DNA of 35,830 nucleotides, from positions 1-35,830 of the forward strand of contig CAXTYC010000043.1 in NCBI GenBank assembly GCA_964248365.1. Reading direction: 5' to 3'. This DNA comes from an uncultured Chroococcidiopsis sp. Lineage in GTDB: Bacteria > Cyanobacteriota > Cyanobacteriia > Cyanobacteriales > Chroococcidiopsidaceae. A model generated the notes under the pieces. That model worked only from the letters and a program-made list of their open reading frames with translations. It had not been told where the DNA came from and did no database searches. Positions 29,007 to 35,830 of the stretch are shown piece by piece. Position numbers and translations under genes: made by a program. The number at the start of each line of letters is the position of its first letter. Position 1 is the stretch's first letter.

Positions 29007-30281
29007 ATGATTACCAGGTTCAAAAAAGTCTTATCAGGTGTATATCTTCGCAATGTCGGCTGGATGGCTGGTGCAGAGCTAGCCAATCGCATTATCCGAC
29101 TGTCAGGTACTGTAATACTGGCACGAATGTTTAGCCCGCAAGACTATGGGCTAATGGCAATCATCTACACGATGTCTGACTTTGCCAATGTATTTATGCT
29201 AAGAGGTGGAATTGGAGCCAAAATTATTCAGGCAGATGAACAGGATGTAAAGGATATTAGCAATACAGCCTACTGGCTCAATTGGATCGCCTGCGGATCG
29301 ATCTTTATCATCCAGTGTTTTATCGCATTGCTCATTCCTTACTTTTCTCATGACCAACACATCACTCTACCGCTGTGTATCGTTGCCCTTGCCTACTTGG
29401 GGTATCCACTTTTTGTCATTCATCTGACCCTACTTGAAAGGGACAATCAATTCAAATCTATAGCAATATGTAACGTTATCATCTCCTTAGTCTCGAACGT
29501 TTTCACTGCAATATTTGCCTTGTGGAGGATGGGCATTTGGGCGATCGTTTGGTCAATGCTTATAGCAACACCCGTTTGGATTATCCTCACTTGGAGGTAT
29601 CACCCTTGGAGACCTCCCCTCCGTTTTAGTCTAGAAAGGCGGCAGGAGGTTCTTGGCTTTGGCAGCAATCTATTGATCAATGATCTGTTGAACAGAGTCC
29701 GAGCTAACGTAGATTATCTGATTGTTGGTAGATATCTTGGGATTGAAGCTCTGGGGACGTATTACTTTGCCTTCAATGCAGGTTCGGGGATCACTCTCAA
29801 CCTTCTTAACACCTTTATGTCCCCTCTATATCCCTATATCTGCGCTGCCAGAAATGACTATCAGCAATTTAGACAACGCTACTTTAGCAGCCTTAAAAAG
29901 GTTTCCACAATTCTCGTTCCACTGATTTTATTACAGGCTTCTCTGTCTCCTATCTATATACCAATTATTTTTGGAAAAAAGTGGAGTCCAGCAATTCCCA
30001 TTCTAATTTTGATTTGCCTTTCCGTTATTCCAAGAATCTATGCTTGGGCATCTTCTTTGTTGTTGAATGCAATCAACAAAACGCGGCTCTCTTTGTACAT
30101 TAATATTGCATCCACGACTATTTTTATCATTTCTATCTTTGCTGCTGTTCAAGGTGGTATCGTTTGGGTCGCTTTTGCTGTATTTTTCAACACTCTGGTT
30201 GTGTCATTCGTGTCCACTTTCTGGACACATCGATTTGCACTACGCAAAGAGCATTTCTTGAATTCGATTGATCTCAGTTAA
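29007..30281 (+). CDS. wzx: Wzx-type flippase (polysaccharide biosynthesis protein)
   Basis: Multi-TM; LARMFSPQDYGL, NVDYLIVGRYLG.EALG.Y and IFG.KW.PA.P. Confidence 0.9.
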   Translation: MITRFKKVLSGVYLRNVGWMAGAELANRIIRLSGTVILARMFSPQDYGLMAIIYTMSDFANVFMLRGGIGAKIIQADEQDVKDISNTAYWLNWIACGSIFIIQCFIALLIPYFSHDQHITLPLCIVALAYLGYPLFVIHLTLLERDNQFKSIAICNVIISLVSNVFTAIFALWRMGIWAIVWSMLIATPVWIILTWRYHPWRPPLRFSLERRQEVLGFGSNLLINDLLNRVRANVDYLIVGRYLGIEALGTYYFAFNAGSGITLNLLNTFMSPLYPYICAARNDYQQFRQRYFSSLKKVSTILVPLILLQASLSPIYIPIIFGKKWSPAIPILILICLSVIPRIYAWASSLLLNAINKTRLSLYINIASTTIFIISIFAAVQGGIVWVAFAVFFNTLVVSFVSTFWTHRFALRKEHFLNSIDLS

Positions 30282-30327
30282 TCGAATCAATATAGAATAA
30301 GCTTGAAATTTATTCATTCTGTATAGG

Positions 30328-31494
30328 TTGATAGTAGCAATAACATATGATGCTGAAAGCAATTTAAATGTCTCTGTTGATATAAATGGACCAAGCGATA
30401 GTAACCTAGTGCATTCAACTTTGTATCTCAAAAAATTTCTACATGACGTTTTAGGAAAGCTAGAGCCATTTTCACAGTGCATCTTGTTAGACCATCCCGA
30501 TCATACTAATGTTGGGGATAGTATGATTTGGTGTGGTGAGCTATTATACCTGGTTGATGTACTCAAAATCAGTATTTCTTATGCTGCAAGTATTAAGACC
30601 TTTTCTGAGGAAGAACTAAATAAACAAGATAGTAATTTGCCAATTATTCTAAATGGTGGAGGAAACTTTGGTGATTTGTGGACTAGCTCTCAAGAGTTTC
30701 GTAATTACGTTATTTCTAAATACAAAAAACGTCGTATTATCATCTTTCCACAGACTATCTACTTTGCCAATCCAGAGCGACTGACTGAAGCTGCAAACAT
30801 CTTTAATTCTCACCCGAATTTGATAGTATTTGTCCGCGATTGTTACAGCTACGAAATTGCGAAAAAATACTTTCAAAATTGCCGAGCGATTCAGTCACCA
30901 GATCTGGCATTAGAAATGATTGGAATGAGTGTTTTTCTAAAAAACTATAGAAAAAATAACCTAATTCTGTATCACGCCCGCGAGGATAAAGAAGTAAATT
31001 TGGGTTTTTCTCCTGAATGCATTCATTTGGATAATTTAGTTATAGAAGATTGGCGATCGCAGAAGTATCAGAGTGAATACTATAAAAATATTTCTAACAA
31101 CTGGCTGGCACAGCGATCAGCACGGGTATGGCAACGATGGCAAGAGGGAATCATGATTCCAACTGAATGGTTTTCTCGGCAACTGTGGAAATATTTTCAT
31201 CCTTGCACATCTACATTTAACAAGATGTATAACCCAGCAATCCACCGTAATTCTTGGAGCAATATACATCAAGGTATTTATCAATTTAAAAAATACCGCC
31301 TAGTTATCACGAATCGTTTGCATGGACATATCCTCTGTATCCTCATGGGTATCCCTCATATTTTTCTGCCTAACTTGTATTACAAGAATGAGAAGTTTTA
31401 TGAAACCTGGACATATCAGATTCCTTTTTGTAGATTTGTCAAAGATCCATCTAAAGTCGAAATAACTGCTCAGGAGTTGCTGGCGCTATATTGA
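30328..31494 (+). CDS. Polysaccharide pyruvyl transferase family protein
   Basis: H.NVGD, GGGNFGDLW, FPQT, RD..S, PDLA and VIT.RLHGHI.....GIP. Start uncertain. Confidence 0.9.
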   Translation: MIVAITYDAESNLNVSVDINGPSDSNLVHSTLYLKKFLHDVLGKLEPFSQCILLDHPDHTNVGDSMIWCGELLYLVDVLKISISYAASIKTFSEEELNKQDSNLPIILNGGGNFGDLWTSSQEFRNYVISKYKKRRIIIFPQTIYFANPERLTEAANIFNSHPNLIVFVRDCYSYEIAKKYFQNCRAIQSPDLALEMIGMSVFLKNYRKNNLILYHAREDKEVNLGFSPECIHLDNLVIEDWRSQKYQSEYYKNISNNWLAQRSARVWQRWQEGIMIPTEWFSRQLWKYFHPCTSTFNKMYNPAIHRNSWSNIHQGIYQFKKYRLVITNRLHGHILCILMGIPHIFLPNLYYKNEKFYETWTYQIPFCRFVKDPSKVEITAQELLALY

Positions 31495-31506
31495 TTGCCT
31501 GGAATA

Positions 31507-31620
31507 TATAGCAATTTTGCGCATCATTCGTGAACAGTAGATGAAGGGGTTTGCCACCCATGCCCACCATTATCAGAAGGAGTGGGCAATGCCCACCCTA
31601 CGATAAATTTCTAATCTGTG
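31507..31620. repeat. Second REP-like element, possibly within a degenerate MITE
   Basis: GCCACCCATGCCCACCAT...GAGTGGGCAATGCCCACCCTAC (31553-31601) shares about 37 nt with 28925-28961. Preceded by a TATAGCAAT MITE-like start. Confidence 0.7.
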
Positions 31621-31720
31621 AAGCTTTATAGCTTGGCATCTCGGTTGTAGAGATCAAACAGTGTGTAACACCATCCGTCTTAGTAAACCAGTCTCAAGAA
31701 AATTGCACTAGAGAATTATT

Positions 31721-33166
31721 ATGTCTTACCATCTACAAGATTCAAGCTCTACTCCTGAAAATCTACCCCAGCCAGTTCAAGTCGCTGAAGCATTAAGTCA
31801 GGAATTGTCCCATGCGAATATCTCAGCGAAGCCAACGATCGCTTTGCTGCCATGTTGCGATCTATTCGAAGACTTTTTCGACACCGTAGGGATGTCCTTT
31901 GAAACTTTTTGCAGCGAGTTGACGGGTGGCTGGATGTTTAACTATATTGATGCCCTGCAACTTGCTGGTGTGCGGACAGTGTTGTTTTTCATTTCAAGCC
32001 GCGTTTCCGAGACAACACGGTTCACACACGCTGCTACTGGCGCTACGGTATGTATACTACCTGCTCCTAAGCTCTACCGTGCTTATCGTGCTATTCTACG
32101 TCAGGCAAGTAGCCTTCAAAAGCGGCTAAAGGCATCAAGTGATACTAAAAGTTCTCAGAGTAATGATATCCATGCCCCTGAAAGTACTCATCGTTCGCTG
32201 CTTGTAGCTCTCAAAAGTGGGGTTGGGAGCATAGGTTCTTATCTATCTACACCGTCGGGGTTGCTCGTTGCTGAGTTACGGCGCGAAGGCTGCAATGCTA
32301 TTTTGTGTCAGGATTATGAGTATGCACGCTTTGACATTTGTGTGCTTTTGGGACGCTTGATAAACCTTCCAGTATTAGCTACTTTCCAGGGGGGCGATCG
32401 CCTGCCAAGTTCTTTTGAATATCCTTTTCGCTGGTTGGCATTACGAGCAAGCGCAGGTTTGATCGTTGCTCCACAAATAGAGAGACAGCGGATACGAGCT
32501 TTTTATCAAGTTCCACCTGCCAAAGTAGTGCGTATTTTCAACCCGATGGATGCAACCACATGGTGTGCTACCGATCGCAATCAAGCACGGTTGAAGCTTG
32601 GTATTCCAAAAGATGCTCAAGTAGTGGTGTATCACGGACGCATCCAGATATGGCAAAAGGGATTAGATATTCTCCTAGAGGCTTGGGATCGGATCTGCCG
32701 CGATCGCCCTGATCGAGATTTGCGGCTGCTACTGGTAGGGACAGGGAGTGACGCTGAGCAATTGCACCAGCGCATTGCCGCTATGCAATTAAAGGGCGTA
32801 ATGTGGATAGACGAATATGTACGCGATCGCAATGCAATTCAACAATACCTCTCGGCTGCTGATGTTTATACTCTCCCATCACGGAAAGAGGGCTTTCCAG
32901 TAGCACCGATTGAAGCAATGGCTTGTGGTTTACCCGTAGTAGCGGCTGATGCTGCTGGTATATCGGACATCTTAGAAGAAGGTGAGGCTTCGGGTGGATT
33001 GGTAGTACCTCGTGAAAACGCGCAGGCGTTAGCGTTGGCGCTGGGACGTGTTCTAGATGATGAGGCATGGAGGCTTGAATTGGGCAAACGCGCTCGAAGC
33101 CGAGCGCAGGAGTGCTTTTCACTTGAAATTATTGGCAAGCAGCTTCGTGACATTCTCACAGTCTAG
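31721..33166 (+). CDS. Glycosyltransferase family 4 (paralogue 3 of 3)
   Basis: YHGRIQIWQKGLD and SRKEGFPVAPIEAMAC. Confidence 0.92.
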   Translation: MSYHLQDSSSTPENLPQPVQVAEALSQELSHANISAKPTIALLPCCDLFEDFFDTVGMSFETFCSELTGGWMFNYIDALQLAGVRTVLFFISSRVSETTRFTHAATGATVCILPAPKLYRAYRAILRQASSLQKRLKASSDTKSSQSNDIHAPESTHRSLLVALKSGVGSIGSYLSTPSGLLVAELRREGCNAILCQDYEYARFDICVLLGRLINLPVLATFQGGDRLPSSFEYPFRWLALRASAGLIVAPQIERQRIRAFYQVPPAKVVRIFNPMDATTWCATDRNQARLKLGIPKDAQVVVYHGRIQIWQKGLDILLEAWDRICRDRPDRDLRLLLVGTGSDAEQLHQRIAAMQLKGVMWIDEYVRDRNAIQQYLSAADVYTLPSRKEGFPVAPIEAMACGLPVVAADAAGISDILEEGEASGGLVVPRENAQALALALGRVLDDEAWRLELGKRARSRAQECFSLEIIGKQLRDILTV

Positions 33167-33274
33167 AAAAAATTTTTCAGATAAGCTACAGATAAATATT
33201 TCCTATAGGCAATCGCTAGAAAGGTTGTTAATGATTATTTTTTTCAGTTTTGACTTTCTTCGAGGTTAGCTTTT

Positions 33275-34213
33275 ATGCCAATTATATCGGTTGTAATTCC
33301 TGCTTATAATGCTGAACGTACTGTTTTAGAAACAGTTGAATCAGTTCAAAAACAAACCTTCTCAGATTTAGAAATAATTGTAATTGATGATGGTTCGACA
33401 GACAGAACCCTAGAGCTAGTGCAAGGTATCACAGATAAGCGCTTAAAAATTTTTTCCTATGATAATGGTGGAGTTGCAACAGCTCGTAATCGTGGAATCT
33501 CTCATGCAGGAGGGGAGTTTATTGCTTTCCTTGATGCTGATGACTTGTGGACACCGGACAAATTGGAACTGCAACTTGCAGCCCTGCTACAGAATCCAGA
33601 GGCAGGAGTCGCTTACAGTTGGACTTATTTTTTCATAGATGGGCAAGAAGAAATTTCCCCAGGTAAACAATTCTTCTTTGAAGGTAATGTTTATCCTCAG
33701 TTAATAGTAGAAAATTTTCTTGCCAACGGATCAAACCCTTTGATTCGCAAAAAAGTTATTGATTCTGTTGGAAAGTTTGACGCTACCTTTTCTCAATGTG
33801 CGGATTGGGACTTTTATTTAAGACTAGCAGCTCATTGTCTTTTCGTTTCAGTTCCAAAGCATCAAATTTTTTATCGTCAATCTTTTGGTTCAATGACATC
33901 TCAAACATCCAAGATTGATGGCATAGAAAAACAAGTACTGACGATGTTGGATAAGGCATACCAAACGGCTCCAGCAGAATACCAATATCTTAAAAATCAA
34001 AGCTTAGCTTGGGTTTACGAGTACTGTACACAACAATATCTGCAATATAGTAACGATATGAGTGGAGTCAATCAAGCAGGACAAAAGTTATGGAAAGCAA
34101 TTTGTCTGCATCCACAAATTTTGTTAGAAGGTTATGCTCAAAGCCTAATTAGATGGTTAATCAAAAAGTGGATACTAGTACGGCTAACGCCTAGACAAAT
34201 ACTATCAATTTAA
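33275..34213 (+). CDS. Glycosyltransferase family 2
   Basis: ISVVIPAYN, DDGSTD, ARN, FLDADD and DWD. Confidence 0.93.
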   Translation: MPIISVVIPAYNAERTVLETVESVQKQTFSDLEIIVIDDGSTDRTLELVQGITDKRLKIFSYDNGGVATARNRGISHAGGEFIAFLDADDLWTPDKLELQLAALLQNPEAGVAYSWTYFFIDGQEEISPGKQFFFEGNVYPQLIVENFLANGSNPLIRKKVIDSVGKFDATFSQCADWDFYLRLAAHCLFVSVPKHQIFYRQSFGSMTSQTSKIDGIEKQVLTMLDKAYQTAPAEYQYLKNQSLAWVYEYCTQQYLQYSNDMSGVNQAGQKLWKAICLHPQILLEGYAQSLIRWLIKKWILVRLTPRQILSI

Positions 34214-34302
34214 CATCATATAGACAAGTGGAATTGCGTTAAACGATGAAAATAAAAATCAACACAATTCCAAAATTACACGGTGTCAGCAAAGGAAAAC
34301 TT

Positions 34303-34623
34303 ATGAAAGTAAAAACAGATTTAACAGCATCAAAACAAGTTAGTCAGCCAGGTTATATGATTCAGTTAGATGCTCTACGAGCATTGGCTGTATTTGGTGT
34401 ACTGATTGCCCATTTTGCGCCGCCAACGTTTTTTTTTAATTCGGTTTTTCATTCAAGTGAGCTTGGAGTTCAACTCTTCTTTTTACTTAGTGGCTTTCTC
34501 ATAACTGGTATTTTATTGCAGTGTAGAGAAAGAGTTGACTTAGGTAAACAAGATGTTGGTTACACAATCAAAACATTTTATATACGGCGTTTTTTACGCC
34601 TGATGCCAATATATTATTTCTAA
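34303..34623 (+). pseudogene. Acyltransferase_3 (OafA-like) N-terminal fragment, truncated by IS4
   Basis: LDALRALA...V...H, GVQLFFLLSGFLIT and FYIRRFLRL.P.YY, then the IS end. AAAGGA RBS precedes ATG 34303. Confidence 0.88.
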
Positions 34624-35673
34624 GTACAGGACAAAAATTGTAGTGAGTGAAGAAAGTCATCAGATTTCAAGTCTAAATCAGTAAAAATGGAACGAAGATG
34701 ATCTAAGCCATAACGAAAAATACTCGCTTGCGGTCGTCCATGCTTCTTCACTTTAAGAGGACGATGAGAAGATAACCACTCACCAGTTTTCATCGCCCAA
34801 CATAAAGCCAAAGCCATCCTCGCTAAAAGTTTACTCAAACGCTGATGGTCAGTAAAATGAGTTGATTCGAGACAAAATCCTCTGGTTTTAAAGTTGCCAA
34901 ACAGAGTTTCAATTCCCCAACGTCGAGCGTAGTCAGAAATAGCCGTTGTAGGGGAATTGGAAGAAATAATGATTAACAGTTCACCATCATCAAGACGCAA
35001 TGCGGACACATAAACTAAACGACCCCAAACCCAACGACGACCGGATAGAACTTCCGATTGACCGACTCGGAGATGAGAAAACACAATTGAGGCACAAAGG
35101 CTTTTTTGACCGTCATGGATTTTCTGATTGGCTTTAATCCTAAGTCGAAAAGGTATGATGGGGTCAATCATCAAATAGGTTAACCATTCTTTACCAATAA
35201 ACTCTCTGTCGCCACACAGATAAGCTATTTCTGCATCAGGAAAGATGGCGCGAAACTTACCCTTGCAGGTCCATCCGTTCATCACTGTGAGAATTGCCTT
35301 TCTTCTCCAACATCATCCACACCAACGGATAAGCTACTCCTTGATGTACAACGGATATGATGAAAATGTTAAAGCGAGTTTGTCCAAATGACCACTCAGT
35401 GCGGTCTATACTTAATACCCAAGGCTGTGGAATATTCATCAAAGCGACAATCAATTTAGCTACCGAGGCATAATCTAAGTCGAATTTCCGAAAAAAACGT
35501 TGTAGACGCTTATAGTTTGAGTCAGTTTTCACTTCATTGCGAAATCCTGTAGCTATCTCAACCAAGTTTACTGTTCTAACTCTAATCAGGGCGATTAAAA
35601 ACAAAGCCAGAAAATTGAGTCGAGCGCCATGCCATCCTAGATGGGCTTTCAAAGTGTCTCGAAGTAAGTTAAC
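34620..35673 (-). mobile_element. IS4-family transposase pseudogene (frameshifted, start codon lost)
   Basis: LSIDRTEW, GDREFIG, YARRWGIETLF..FKTRGF.LE and terminal FLSCT*. +1 frameshift near 35262. Frame begins VNLLRDTL with no start codon. Confidence 0.9.
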
Positions 35674-35830
35674 GGCGCGTGAGTAGCAATGGAACAGAAA
35701 TGTACGCTAAGCCCAAAACACGCAATGAGAAAGCATTGTAGCGCTTACCCACCTTTGCCTACTTGGTTACAAGGCGGAATGGCACGAAGAAAAGCTCTGA
35801 GGTATACAGGATAAGGACTACAGTTTTTAA

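Noticed and set aside
16332..33269. Many short antisense or alternate-frame ORFs in the EPS cluster
   Set aside because: They overlap motif-supported CDSs and have no independent evidence.
35674..35830. Group II intron boundary
   Set aside because: No GTGCG 5' end and no domain V motif visible on either strand within the window.
1..35830. CRISPR array, tRNA, rRNA, wza
   Set aside because: No regularly spaced repeats, cloverleaf, rRNA-like sequence or outer-membrane export gene seen.

Overview
Cyanobacterial DNA: I counted about 19 HIP1 GCGATCGC octamers by eye, and STRR-like heptamer arrays and REP-like palindromes are present. The window has three blocks. (1) 1-5900 is a decayed mobile island. 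It holds a type II TA pair (PIN/VapC toxin plus an apparently chimeric ParD-like/VapB-like antitoxin), a solo IS6 end, a truncated IS630 fused to a 5'-truncated tyrosine recombinase, and a second recombinase remnant. That remnant is split by an ISAs1 (10-bp TSD) that itself carries a 108-bp MITE and a 42-bp hairpin insert, and it is cut by an IS6. (2) 5968-14667 is a signalling block: MHYT-PAS-PAS hybrid histidine kinase with HPt, a divergent HTH-NACHT (STAND) NTPase, a small Cys-rich protein, a priming sugar transferase and a stand-alone receiver protein. (3) 15422-34623 is a Wzx/Wzy-type exopolysaccharide cluster: 5 GT4, 5 GT2, Wzc/GumC, Wzy/O-antigen-ligase family, Wzx, pyruvyltransferase and an acyltransferase disrupted by an IS4. 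The most promising leads are the HTH-NACHT/kinase/GGDEF-less receiver module beside the EPS locus, two structured EPS leader regions sharing a short motif, very small mobile inserts, and frameshift scars that converge on shared short motifs. All family assignments come from motif recognition; no database searches were run.
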